The translations under genes were made by a program, and so were the position numbers. The notes beneath the pieces are model-generated. The model saw only the letters and a list, made by a program, of their open reading frames with translations, made no database searches and was not told where the DNA came from. A DNA stretch of 45,957 bases from Verrucomicrobiota bacterium (GTDB taxonomy: Bacteria; Verrucomicrobiota; Verrucomicrobiia; Limisphaerales; CANJSG01), in contig JBBQXJ010000034.1 of assembly GCA_038209745.1 (NCBI GenBank), positions 1-45,957 of the forward strand, in the 5' to 3' direction. Below, piece after piece: positions 18,995 to 28,164 of this stretch (position 1 is the first letter of the stretch; each line of letters begins with the position of its first letter).

Positions 18995-19893
18995 CTGGAA
19001 GCGGCTTGAGCCGGCGGCGACAGGGGGACGGCGACGGTCCAGTGGCTATTCCCGAAGCGTTCTCCAAACCGCTCCAACGAGCCGCGCGCGGATACCTCAT
19101 CGGCGAACAGAGCGAAGGTGGTCGAACCGCTTCCCGACATCAAAGTTCCCAGAGAACCCGTCTTCCGGAAGAAATCCTGGAACAGTGCGAGCAGGGGATG
19201 TTTCTCCAATGCGGGTCCCTCCAGAGAATTGAACAGACCTCCGTGGAGCAGGGCTTCGAGGTGTCCTTCGCGCAGCGCCTGGGCCAAGGCAACAGCGCGG
19301 CCCGGTTGTCCGTTTCGTAGTCCTGGGAACCGGGCCAATTCCTGATAGGCCCAGGGCGTTGAGATTCCGAACGGCGGTCGGACAAGCACGATCCAGACCG
19401 GATCCAGACAGGAAAACGGCTCCAAGGCCTCTACTTGTTCGCCGCGTCCGATTCCGAGAGCAGGCCTCGCCTGTAGGAAAAACGGCACGTCCGATCCTAG
19501 TTCGGCGGCCAAGGTTTGGAGCTGGATTGGATCAAGCGGGGCGCCGAAAACTTGGTTCAATCCAAGCAAAGCGGTCGCCGCATTTCCGCTTCCTCCGCCG
19601 AGGCCGGCGGCATGGGGGATTTCCTTTTCCAGATGGATGCGAACGGCGGGCCGGAGACCGCTTGATTGAAAGAAGAGCTGCGCCGCCTTGTGGACCAGAT
19701 TTCGCCCGTCTGTGGGCAGTGACCGGTCAGAGCAGGTGAGCAAAATCTTTTCCCCGCCGGTCTCGAACCGCAGTTCGTCTTCCAGGGCCACCGGATGGAA
19801 GAGCGTCTCCAGTTCATGGAAACCATCCGGACGCTTGCCGAGAATGTTCAGCAGGAGGTTGACCTTGCAGTGGGAGTTGAGAACTAGACCCAT
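18991..19893 (-). CDS. ispE: 4-diphosphocytidyl-2-C-methyl-D-erythritol kinase
   Basis: KVNLLLNILGKRPDGFHELET, KEIPHAAGLGGGSGNAA, LGSDVPFF, LMSGSGST; start at ATG 19893. Confidence 0.96.
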   Translation of the reverse strand: MGLVLNSHCKVNLLLNILGKRPDGFHELETLFHPVALEDELRFETGGEKILLTCSDRSLPTDGRNLVHKAAQLFFQSSGLRPAVRIHLEKEIPHAAGLGGGSGNAATALLGLNQVFGAPLDPIQLQTLAAELGSDVPFFLQARPALGIGRGEQVEALEPFSCLDPVWIVLVRPPFGISTPWAYQELARFPGLRNGQPGRAVALAQALREGHLEALLHGGLFNSLEGPALEKHPLLALFQDFFRKTGSLGTLMSGSGSTTFALFADEVSARGSLERFGERFGNSHWTVAVPLSPPAQAASS

Positions 19894-19894
19894 G

Positions 19895-19930
19895 AAAAAA
19901 AGAAAAGCGCCAACTTGAAGGTTGGCGCTT
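19895..19930 (-). terminator. Rho-independent terminator
   Basis: 10-bp stem AAGCGCCAAC/GTTGGCGCTT with 6-nt loop, followed on - strand by TTCTTTTTTT. Confidence 0.75.
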
Positions 19931-19948
19931 GTGAAAATCGGCCGTCGG

Positions 19949-20380
19949 CTATTCGTCGAAAATCTTGAACCGGCTGCCCGGGATGAAAGGGGCGACATCG
20001 CCGCCGCTGAATCCGAACGCATAGTCCGTGGCAAAGGTCTGGTCCGCGAAATGACCGGGTTTGTAGCTGTCGGGATAAATCGGATCGACCGGGCCGAAGA
20101 GGGGACCGTAGCTGGGGAGCGGGAAGGTGACGACCTCGTAGGCGCCCACCAAAGTCCGGCCCATGCTGCGGTTGAAGCCCTTGATCAAGCCAGTGGTTGA
20201 CCCGTAATCGGCCCCGTCCCACAAGGTGGATTGCTCGACAGAGTTGCGAATTTCGCCCAAACGGGCGAATTCGGTCACGTTGCGGATGCCGCGTCCCAGC
20301 TTGGCTTCGGGACCTGCACAGCCGGCACCGATGAGTGATGCCACTGCCGCAATGGCGAGGTAGGAAAAGGTTTTACGCAT
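19949..20380 (-). CDS. Exosortase system-associated lipoprotein (TIGR04073-like)
   Basis: Lipobox LIGAGC; KLGRGIRNV and RTLVGAYEVVTFPLP motifs. Confidence 0.8.
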   Translation of the reverse strand: MRKTFSYLAIAAVASLIGAGCAGPEAKLGRGIRNVTEFARLGEIRNSVEQSTLWDGADYGSTTGLIKGFNRSMGRTLVGAYEVVTFPLPSYGPLFGPVDPIYPDSYKPGHFADQTFATDYAFGFSGGDVAPFIPGSRFKIFDE

Positions 20381-20444
20381 AACGTTCGGGTTGAGGTCTC
20401 AAGATGCCGACGGGCCGGAAGCGAAGTAAAGTCCAAATACCCGA

Positions 20445-21446
20445 TCAGATGTTTTCCAGCGCTTCCTTTTTCTTTTCAGCGCGATACCAGAACCAGGCGA
20501 TCCACAGGCTGATCTCGTAGAGGATCTGCAACGGGATCGCCATCATGATCATGGAAAAGATGTCGGCTCCTGGACTGATCAAGGCCGACAGGAACAGATT
20601 CACGATGACGAAATACGCGCGGAACTTGGCAAGTTTCGGATAATCCAGAAGTCCGATCTTCACCATGGCCAAGATGACGATGGGGAGCTCGAAGCTGACG
20701 CCCATGCCCAGCATAAACTTGCAGATGAAACTCATGTATTCCTCGGCTCGCCATTGGTCGGCCGAAAAGCCCTCCCATTCCGAAAACGCGGCCGAGGCCT
20801 TCAACGTGGCCGGCAAGACCCAAACGTAGCAGAACGCCACGCCGGTCAAAAAAAGTCCGATACCGATACCTAGACTTCGATAGACGAAGTCTTTTTCCTT
20901 TTTCCGCAGCGCCGGCAACAGAAACTGTCCGATGAAGAGAAGCAGAAACGGAGAAGCCAGTCCGATCCCGGCGTAGATCGCAACTTGGATCGCGACCATG
21001 AATCCACCCATCGGGCCGAGGGTGCTGAGTTTGACCATCGTGAGGTCGCTCGGAGGGGAATTGGTGTTCAGGCGCAGGCCGAGAACCTGATTAGTGCCGA
21101 CGGTTACCACCTCGAGCTCCAGTCTGGCAAAAGAATTGGATCCGAGACTGAACCCGTTGACCGCGTTAGTCTTCAAATCAAAACGGCCCAGCGTGACGCC
21201 GGACATTTCGAGGAAGACGGTCGGTTCGGATTCGATTCCGAAGCGACTGGCCTGAGCCAAAGGAAGCTTGAGGAAAGCGATGACCTTGTCCCCTGCCACC
21301 AAGCAGACAATCATCGAAATGATAATCGCCGATCCGCTGCGGATGATGGTCCAACGGAGGTCTTCGAGATGGTCGAGGAATGATTTGACCGGCCCGCCCT
21401 CGTCCTCATCGAGTTCTAGCGGCGCTTCGTCCGTTTCGTCGGCCAT
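20445..21446 (-). CDS. tatC: Twin-arginine translocase subunit TatC
   Basis: SFLDHLEDLRWTII, FLLPALRKKEK, GVSFELP, ISPGADIFS, LYEISLW. Confidence 0.96.
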   Translation of the reverse strand: MADETDEAPLELDEDEGGPVKSFLDHLEDLRWTIIRSGSAIIISMIVCLVAGDKVIAFLKLPLAQASRFGIESEPTVFLEMSGVTLGRFDLKTNAVNGFSLGSNSFARLELEVVTVGTNQVLGLRLNTNSPPSDLTMVKLSTLGPMGGFMVAIQVAIYAGIGLASPFLLLFIGQFLLPALRKKEKDFVYRSLGIGIGLFLTGVAFCYVWVLPATLKASAAFSEWEGFSADQWRAEEYMSFICKFMLGMGVSFELPIVILAMVKIGLLDYPKLAKFRAYFVIVNLFLSALISPGADIFSMIMMAIPLQILYEISLWIAWFWYRAEKKKEALENI

Positions 21447-21467
21447 GGCAGGCTACAAGAGCCAGGA

Positions 21468-21737
21468 TCAGGGCTTGGGTTCGGACGAATGCGGAGCCGA
21501 TTCCGGCTCTGCGGGTTTCTGGATCAGCTTCGGAGCCGGGGGGGCGGCTGGAGGCTCTTCCATTGCGCGGGTAATGTCCTGAGTGACCTCGTTGGTCGCC
21601 TTTTTGAATTCGCGGATGCCTGAGCCAAGGCCTTTGGCCAGCTCGGGGAGCTTCTTGGCACCGAAAAACACCAGAAGCACCACCATGATGAGCAGGGCCT
21701 CCGGCATACCGATCCAACCAAGGAGAAAAGTCGTCAT
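21468..21737 (-). CDS. tatA: Twin-arginine translocase subunit TatA
   Basis: IGMPEALLI..FFGAKKLPELAKGLGSGIREFKKA. Confidence 0.96.
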   Translation of the reverse strand: MTTFLLGWIGMPEALLIMVVLLVFFGAKKLPELAKGLGSGIREFKKATNEVTQDITRAMEEPPAAPPAPKLIQKPAEPESAPHSSEPKP

Positions 21738-21879
21738 AAGTTCGAGTTAAGTTTTAAAAGACTGCCACCAGTCTGCCGAATGTAAAGTGTGCGGTCCTTC
21801 TGTCGGCAACTACCGGTCGGTCTCATGCGGTTCATCAGTAGAACTGCCTTTGTATGACAGGGCATCTCAATGCCGGTTC

Positions 21880-21912
21880 AAAATAAAATGGGACGCCGTT
21901 TTGGCGTCCCAT
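21880..21912 (-). terminator. Rho-independent terminator after pal
   Basis: Stem ATGGGACGCC/GGCGTCCCAT with 5-nt loop, followed on - strand by TTTATTTT. Confidence 0.75.
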
Positions 21913-21936
21913 ATGAAGAATCAGAGTCGCTTCTGT

Positions 21937-22563
21937 CTATCGGGCGGGAAGCACGAGAACGAAGACTCCGCGCCGGTTCTTGGTCCAAGCCGCTTGACCA
22001 TGGCCCGGATCTGCAGGCCGGCTTTCGCCGTAGCTGACCGTGTGGACGTTGTCGGCAGGGGCTCCGGCAGCAACCAACGCCTCCCGAACGGCCAAGGCGC
22101 GACGGTCCCCGAGCGCCAAGTTGTATCCTTCGGTGCCGCGCTCATCGCAGTGACCTTCGACGAGAATGTCATGGTCGGGATTTTTCCGGATGAATTCCGC
22201 CACAGTGGAAATTTTCCCCATCTCCTTCTGTTCGACGATGGCCTTGTCGAAGGCGAAATAGACGGTGTCCGCCGCAAACTGGTCTGTGTTCCGGGCTCGA
22301 GCGGGATCGTTGATGTTGCGGTTCCCGGTCATGGGAATGGTGTCCCCCTCGCCGGCTATCCCCTTGCCTAAGCCATTTTCGCCGCCGGTGTTGATCGGGG
22401 TTACCGGCTGGATTGGCGGGAATGCGTTTCCACCGGTGTTGCCGCGAGGTGTGGCGCCATAGGGAAGGGGGGTGATGCCGGTCGGGTTCTTTTTGCAGCC
22501 GACGGCTCCGATCGCGAGGACAAACGCCAAGCAGGAGACGGTAACCAAGGAAGTGAGTTTCAT
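21937..22563 (-). CDS. pal: Peptidoglycan-associated lipoprotein Pal (OmpA C-like)
   Basis: ATG 22563, lipobox GAVGC; VYFAFD, EGHCDERGTEGYNLALGDRRA, VSYGESRP, KNRR; follows tolB. Confidence 0.93.
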   Translation of the reverse strand: MKLTSLVTVSCLAFVLAIGAVGCKKNPTGITPLPYGATPRGNTGGNAFPPIQPVTPINTGGENGLGKGIAGEGDTIPMTGNRNINDPARARNTDQFAADTVYFAFDKAIVEQKEMGKISTVAEFIRKNPDHDILVEGHCDERGTEGYNLALGDRRALAVREALVAAGAPADNVHTVSYGESRPADPGHGQAAWTKNRRGVFVLVLPAR

Positions 22564-22591
22564 GATGGGTAAATTGGAGATCGGGAAGAGA

Positions 22592-23779
22592 TTATCTGGT
22601 CCACGACGGCTGGGAGCAACTGCCCGCAATGCGACGCAAGTCTTTGACACGCTTGGTTGGCACGTCAAGCAGTGACAAGACCCTGTCGTCGCCTTTGCGG
22701 TTTACGAAGACAACGGTGCGCGAATTTGGGGCCCAACTCGGGTCTTCGCCGGCGCAGATGGAGGTCGATGTCCCACCTCCAGCCGGCACGGTGCAGATCT
22801 CGAAACCACCTCTCTGGGTGGTGAAGACTATGGTCTTCCCATCGGGCGACCAGTCCGGTTCGGTGGCATTGTAGACTCCGATCACCTTGAGACGGCCCGG
22901 GGTGCCGGTGCCGTCGCTCGGGACGGTGAACAGGTAGGAATTTCCCTTGTGCCGACCGGAATAGACTAGGGTCCTGCCGTCGGGCGACCACGCGGGCGAT
23001 GACTCGTCGTCGTCGTTCGTGGTCAGGCGCTTCAGGCCTGATCCGTCCAGGTTCACCACATAGAGATCGGGCGAGGAGCCGCCGCGCGGGGAGATAAAAG
23101 CGACCTTGGTTCCGTCCGGTGAGACTGCCGGGCTGTGGCTGCCACCGGGAAGTCCGACGACCTTTTTCCGTTCACCGGAAGCAAGTTTTTGCAACAGGAT
23201 CTGAGGCGGACCCATACGCCACGTGGCGTAGACGATCTCCAACTTGCCGGGAATCCAAGCGGGGCCCTTGGTAAGGGAGTGGTCGGACGTGATGGCAATC
23301 AAATTGTAGCCATCGCAGTCGGCGATGCCGATTTCCTCGTTGCCGGCCTGGTCGATCCGAAAGGCGATCTTGGATCCTGCGACGCCTTTTTGGCCGGTTA
23401 GGGCGAGGATGACGTCGTTTGCCAAGGCGTGGGCGAGGGCCCGGTCTCCCGCGCCGGAGTAGGCTTTGCGTAGCATCTCGTTCTTGGAAGAGGTGGTCAG
23501 CAACCCTGAGACCGCCGCTGGATTTTTTGGGGCCGGGGTAAGAAGGAAGTGGGCTTTGTCCGTCGAAACGTATTCGCAGCCAGCGGACTCGAGGTCGAAC
23601 TTCAACGCGGATGCGACTTCTCCCGAATAGCCGGAAACGGAGATGGGAATGGGGTCGATGAAGTCCTTCTTGATCGGCGGATTGACGATCACAGTCGGCA
23701 TTTCGGCCGCGAAAATACCGCTGGAACCCAAGAGAAGGGTCGCGAGCAGGCAGAGTTTGGAAAATGGAACGAACTTCAT
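22592..23779 (-). CDS. tolB: TolB beta-propeller periplasmic protein
   Basis: Signal peptide; AHALANDVILALTG; repeated PD40 units SPAVSPDG, SPAWSPDG, EPDWSPDG, DPSWAPNS. Confidence 0.92.
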   Translation of the reverse strand: MKFVPFSKLCLLATLLLGSSGIFAAEMPTVIVNPPIKKDFIDPIPISVSGYSGEVASALKFDLESAGCEYVSTDKAHFLLTPAPKNPAAVSGLLTTSSKNEMLRKAYSGAGDRALAHALANDVILALTGQKGVAGSKIAFRIDQAGNEEIGIADCDGYNLIAITSDHSLTKGPAWIPGKLEIVYATWRMGPPQILLQKLASGERKKVVGLPGGSHSPAVSPDGTKVAFISPRGGSSPDLYVVNLDGSGLKRLTTNDDDESSPAWSPDGRTLVYSGRHKGNSYLFTVPSDGTGTPGRLKVIGVYNATEPDWSPDGKTIVFTTQRGGFEICTVPAGGGTSTSICAGEDPSWAPNSRTVVFVNRKGDDRVLSLLDVPTKRVKDLRRIAGSCSQPSWTR

Positions 23780-24741
23780 CCGGTGCCTTGGCTGGAAGTG
23801 GGTTGGAAATGAATGGTGTAGGTGCGGTGTTGATCGGAACTGCCGGCGGGAAAGCCCCTGACGTTGCGGACCTTCTTGAGAGCGGTTTCGACCGACCGGT
23901 CGAACGCGGAATTTCCGGAGCGGCTAATAATCTGGGCGTCGGAAACGGTGCCGTCGCTGGAAAGGGTGATCGTGGCCTTGGCCAGCATCGATGGGGTGGC
24001 GCTGGAGGGCACGACCCAAACGCGCATGAATTCTTCCCGAATGTAGTCCCCGTAGTTGATTGCCGCTTGGCCGCCGCCTCCGCCGGTAAACTGGACGGAG
24101 ACACCGCTGGCCGTGCCATCCGCGACCCGGTTGGAGGCCGAGCGGATGTTGTTCACCAGATCGCGGCGTTGGGTTTCCGCTTGCTTGCGTGCTTCTCGGC
24201 CTGCCGTTTCGCGCCGTTCGCGGTCACGCTGAGCCTCGGTTTCCTTGGGATCGAGTGTGACCTTCTGGGTCAAATCGACGACACGCTTGGGCGGATCCGG
24301 TTTCTTGGGTGTCTGTTTCTTGGGCAGCTGATTGGGGACATCGTTCCGGATCGGCTTGGTGACAGGCGGTTTGACGGTCTCCTCAACCGGTTCAGGCTTT
24401 CGTCGGGTCTCCGGCTTCGGGGCCGGGGGAGGCTCGGGAGTGGGCTCGGGCTTCACTACAGGTGCAGACCGGACCGGCGCGGGATCCGGCGCTGGTTGGA
24501 CGATTTCAGGCTGGGGCGCTGGAGCCGGTTCAATGGCGGCGGCTGGAGCAGAACCCCCGGCAGTGGGGCCGTCGGTCAGAGTGACGTCCTTCAGGGAAAT
24601 CATTTCGAGGACCACCGAGTCTGGCGGCACTGGGTCCTTCCGCGACATGAAGCCGAGAGTGGCGAGCGTGAAGAGTCCGATCACCGCTCCGTGGAGCAGG
24701 GCGGAACCTACCAGGCATCTCTTATCGGTCGAGTCCATCAT
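23776..24741 (-). CDS. tolA: TolA/TonB family energy transducer
   Basis: ATG 24741 (ATGA overlap); TM with SALLH; Pro/Lys/Glu-rich linker; C-terminal SGNSAFDRSVETAL domain; between tolR and tolB. Confidence 0.85.
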   Translation of the reverse strand: MMDSTDKRCLVGSALLHGAVIGLFTLATLGFMSRKDPVPPDSVVLEMISLKDVTLTDGPTAGGSAPAAAIEPAPAPQPEIVQPAPDPAPVRSAPVVKPEPTPEPPPAPKPETRRKPEPVEETVKPPVTKPIRNDVPNQLPKKQTPKKPDPPKRVVDLTQKVTLDPKETEAQRDRERRETAGREARKQAETQRRDLVNNIRSASNRVADGTASGVSVQFTGGGGGQAAINYGDYIREEFMRVWVVPSSATPSMLAKATITLSSDGTVSDAQIISRSGNSAFDRSVETALKKVRNVRGFPAGSSDQHRTYTIHFQPTSSQGTG

Positions 24742-25154
24742 TCGACTGTCGTTTGCGGCGAAACCTGCGTGATCCCATTGCGCATGCACAGGCCAAGCAC
24801 TTGGGCGACGGCATCCCAGGGCACCTTTTTGTCCGCCCGGATATTGACCACGATCTTCGGGTTTTGCCGATATTCGGCGACCAGGGACTGTTCCAGTTCG
24901 GCCAAGCCCACCGGCTTTCCTCGGTAACGGGCATAGCCGGCCGCGTCGATCTCGATCGTGCGGATGTCCTTTTTCTGGATCGTCTGGGGCGTCGTCAACT
25001 TGCCGACGCTGGGCACCTTCAGGTCCATGCTCTGCTCTAGGAGCGGGCGGGTGATAACGAAAATGATCAGGAGCACGAAGGCCAGATCCAGCAGGGGCGT
25101 CACGTTGATCTCGTTCAACGTCACCAACTGGTTCTTCTGGGAAAAGCGGCGCAT
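24738..25154 (-). CDS. tolR: TolR/ExbD family protein
   Basis: EINVTPLLDLAFVLLIIFVIT; IRADKKVPW. Confidence 0.92.
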   Translation of the reverse strand: MRRFSQKNQLVTLNEINVTPLLDLAFVLLIIFVITRPLLEQSMDLKVPSVGKLTTPQTIQKKDIRTIEIDAAGYARYRGKPVGLAELEQSLVAEYRQNPKIVVNIRADKKVPWDAVAQVLGLCMRNGITQVSPQTTVE

Positions 25155-25166
25155 GGCTTGGGTGTC

Positions 25167-25874
25167 TTACTCGTCTTTCAGATACTCCGTTTCCATCTTG
25201 GAAACCAGTTCCTGCGCGAAGTTGTCGAGCCCGACCGTCTCGACCCGCAGATTGTGGACCAGCCAGTTGTAGCCGAACATCGAGGGAAGCGCCACGAGAA
25301 GGCCCGCCACCGTGGTAACCAAGGCCGCTGCCACGCCGGGCGCCATCGTCGCCAAATCGGCGGAACCTTTCTGACCGACGTCCGCAAAGGTGATCATCAC
25401 GCCCCAAACCGTGCCAAGAAGGCCCATGAACGGTGCGCCGCTGACGGCGATTGCCAGCATGATCAGCCCTGATTCGAGCTTCAACGCTTCCCGGGCCACG
25501 GCGCTTTCGATCGATCGTTTCACGTGTTCCATCGACTTGAGGGTGGCCGAGTCCCGGCGGACCTCGACGCCGCGTCTCAGGCGCCCGTCGAGCGACTGGG
25601 CCCCGTCATGATAGACGGCGAAAAGCGGACAACCCTCCGCTTGGATTCGCCGGTCGAAGATGGAAAGCACCTCGGTCTCCCTGCGGAACTCGGCGTCGAA
25701 GAATTTGTTCAACTGCTTTGCGCGCCGCATCTGGACGAATTTGCTGATCAGGACCGACCAGGCGAAAATCGAGAACACGATCAGGCAGCCAAGGATCACC
25801 TTGCCCTCGATGGGGGCCTTGTTGATCACGTAGGACAGGCCGGCTTCGGCCAGAATGGGATGGGTCAATATCAT
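25167..25874 (-). CDS. tolQ: TolQ/ExbB/MotA proton channel protein
   Basis: APFMGLLGTVWGVM, APGVAAALVTTVAGLLVALPS. Confidence 0.93.
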   Translation of the reverse strand: MILTHPILAEAGLSYVINKAPIEGKVILGCLIVFSIFAWSVLISKFVQMRRAKQLNKFFDAEFRRETEVLSIFDRRIQAEGCPLFAVYHDGAQSLDGRLRRGVEVRRDSATLKSMEHVKRSIESAVAREALKLESGLIMLAIAVSGAPFMGLLGTVWGVMITFADVGQKGSADLATMAPGVAAALVTTVAGLLVALPSMFGYNWLVHNLRVETVGLDNFAQELVSKMETEYLKDE

Positions 25875-26045
25875 CGGGAATGCCGCTCACCGGCAGGATG
25901 GCGCGCGGGCACTGACTGTGTAACGCCCACGTTTCTGCCGGTCAAAATCAATGTGGCCTCAAAGCAGGAATCCCTCGTCGTTTGCTGCGTTTGCCGTGCT
26001 TTCCGCTTCACGGCTCCCAAGTCGGTATCACATGCTCCGCAGCCG

Positions 26046-27161
26046 ATGCTCCCCGCAAGAACGCCCGGTCTGTTGGCCCGTCTCCGCTTCCAGGAAACGG
26101 GTCTGCTGCTTGTGATCATCGTGCTTGGCGCCCTTCTTGCCGTTTTCGGCGGCTCGGTGCGGCAGCCGAAGCTGGAGACGGGGCCGGGGCCCGATGGAAA
26201 CCTCCAACGCGTGTTCACGACAAACGCGGACGGAGATCGCGTTCCGTTATTCGAGGAGAAGAACAAATTTCTCAACACCCGGAATCTCGCCCAGCTCGCC
26301 AAGGACACGAGCTTCATCGCCATCATGGCCGTGGGCGCCACCATGGTGATCATCTCCGGAGGGATCGATCTCTCCGTCGGAGCCATCTACGCTTTGGCTT
26401 CGGTCCTTGGTTCGATGGTTCTCCATTATTTCGGACCGGAAAGGGGTGGTGCGTCTCCCGGCATGGGCAGTCTGCTGGGCGCGGCCGCCTGTCTCGGAGT
26501 GGGCGCGCTGGCAGGTCTGGCCAATGGCGCCATGACCACCGGCCTCGCCGTCCATCCCTTCATCATCACGCTAGGCACCATGGCGATCTACCGTGGCATC
26601 GCGTTCGTCGTGACCAAAGGCCAGTCCATCGGCGGATTTCCCCAGCCGTTCCGCGACGCCGTGCTCTGGGACGCGGGAACCGGTCTCAGCATTGTCCCGA
26701 TGCTCGTGATGATCGCGGTGGCCATCGTCGGGACGATCCACCTCGTCCGTCTGGCGCTTGGCCGGCGGGTCTACGCCGTCGGTGGCAACGAGCTCGCCAG
26801 TCGATTCAGCGGCATCCGGGTAAACCGCGTCAAACTGGGCGTCTTCGTCATCTCCGGTTTCACTGCGGGCATCGCGGCTCTCTTGAGCCTCGGCTACTAC
26901 GGCGCTGCGACCTCCGGCGACGGGCAGGGCTACGAGCTGAACGTCATCGCCGCCGCCGTCGTGGGGGGAGCCAGCCTTTCGGGCGGGAAGGGGACCGCGC
27001 TGGGTGCGGTGCTCGGGGCGTTGATCATCCAAATGATCGGCTCCGGCATCGTCATTCTCGGTATCGACCAGAGCTACAGCCAGATCATCATCGGCGCGGT
27101 CGTGATCATCGCGGTGCTGTTGGAGCGGGTAAACCAGTGGCTGGCCCGCACGCGAAAGTAG
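26046..27161 (+). CDS. Sugar ABC transporter permease (RbsC-like, CUT2)
   Basis: ATG 26046; IISGGIDLSVG, PFIITLGTMAIYRG, YAVGGNELASRFSGI, YELNVIAAAVVGGASLSGGKG. Confidence 0.93.
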   Translation: MLPARTPGLLARLRFQETGLLLVIIVLGALLAVFGGSVRQPKLETGPGPDGNLQRVFTTNADGDRVPLFEEKNKFLNTRNLAQLAKDTSFIAIMAVGATMVIISGGIDLSVGAIYALASVLGSMVLHYFGPERGGASPGMGSLLGAAACLGVGALAGLANGAMTTGLAVHPFIITLGTMAIYRGIAFVVTKGQSIGGFPQPFRDAVLWDAGTGLSIVPMLVMIAVAIVGTIHLVRLALGRRVYAVGGNELASRFSGIRVNRVKLGVFVISGFTAGIAALLSLGYYGAATSGDGQGYELNVIAAAVVGGASLSGGKGTALGAVLGALIIQMIGSGIVILGIDQSYSQIIIGAVVIIAVLLERVNQWLARTRK

Positions 27162-27253
27162 GGCCGCAAACCGCAAGTCGCAGTCTTTTGTCGGGTGCGT
27201 GTTCGAGTGAATCTTGCAGAAACCTCGTCCGTCTGTCAGACCGAACACTCCCT

Positions 27254-28075
27254 ATGAACATCTCAAAACCTCTCGGTTTCGCTCTTGGCCTTGCCGTGTT
27301 GGCCGCTTCGGCCATGGCGGCGGACGGCAAGCTCGGCTACACGACCACCCCGTTGATTCCCGGCACCAAGTGGCATGTGCACGATGGTGATCGGCCCCAA
27401 CCCCGGATCGTGACCCCGGCCGACACCTTCAGCCTCGGTGCCAAGCCTCCTTCCGACGCGATCGTCCTCTTCGACGGGAAGGACCTCTCGAAGTGGTCCC
27501 AGGGCGACGGCTCGGCCGCCAAATGGAAGATCGAAAATGGCTACATGGAAGTGGCGCCCCATACCGGCAGCATCCAGACCAAGGATCGCTTCGCCGACTT
27601 CCAGCTCCACATCGAGTTCGCCACTCCGGCCGAAGTGAAGGGCGACAGCCAGGGCCGGGGCAACAGCGGGATTCTCTTCAACGGCGTCTACGAGGTGCAG
27701 GTCCTCGACTCCTACAAAAATCCGACCTACCCCGATGGCCAGGCGGGCGGCCTCTACGGCCAGACCCCGCCGTTGGTCAACGCCAGCAAGCCGCCGGGCG
27801 AATGGCAGAGCTACGAGATCATCTTCGAATCGCCCCGTTGGGGCGCGAACAAGAACCTGGTGAAAAAGGCCGCCGTGACCGTCATCCACAACGGCGTCGT
27901 CCTCCATCATCGCCATGAGTTCACCGGCACCACGCCCCATCAGCAGAACGGCAACTACGACCACGCGCACGATCCCGAGGTCTTCATCCAGCTGCAGGAC
28001 CACAACAACCCGATGCGCTTCCGCAACGTCTGGTTGCGCAAACTGGGAGAATACGACCAGGGAGCCGCCAAATAG
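27254..28075 (+). CDS. DUF1080 / 3-keto-disaccharide hydrolase family secreted protein
   Basis: ATG 27254, signal peptide; LFDGKDLSKW, DFQLHIEF, GNSGI, GEWQSYEI, IQLQDHNNPMRFRNVW. Confidence 0.92.
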   Translation: MNISKPLGFALGLAVLAASAMAADGKLGYTTTPLIPGTKWHVHDGDRPQPRIVTPADTFSLGAKPPSDAIVLFDGKDLSKWSQGDGSAAKWKIENGYMEVAPHTGSIQTKDRFADFQLHIEFATPAEVKGDSQGRGNSGILFNGVYEVQVLDSYKNPTYPDGQAGGLYGQTPPLVNASKPPGEWQSYEIIFESPRWGANKNLVKKAAVTVIHNGVVLHHRHEFTGTTPHQQNGNYDHAHDPEVFIQLQDHNNPMRFRNVWLRKLGEYDQGAAK

Positions 28076-28106
28076 CTGGCCCCGTCTCCTCGGCCCAAAC
28101 GACGAC

Positions 28107-28143
28107 AAAAGAAACAGCCGCCGGTCATCCCGGCGGCTGTTTC
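28107..28143. terminator. Likely bidirectional terminator between convergent genes
   Basis: 14-bp perfect stem GAAACAGCCGCCGG/CCGGCGGCTGTTTC, 5-nt loop, A-run on left side. Confidence 0.8.
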
Positions 28144-28164
28144 GCTGTCAGATGGGTCCGAGGT

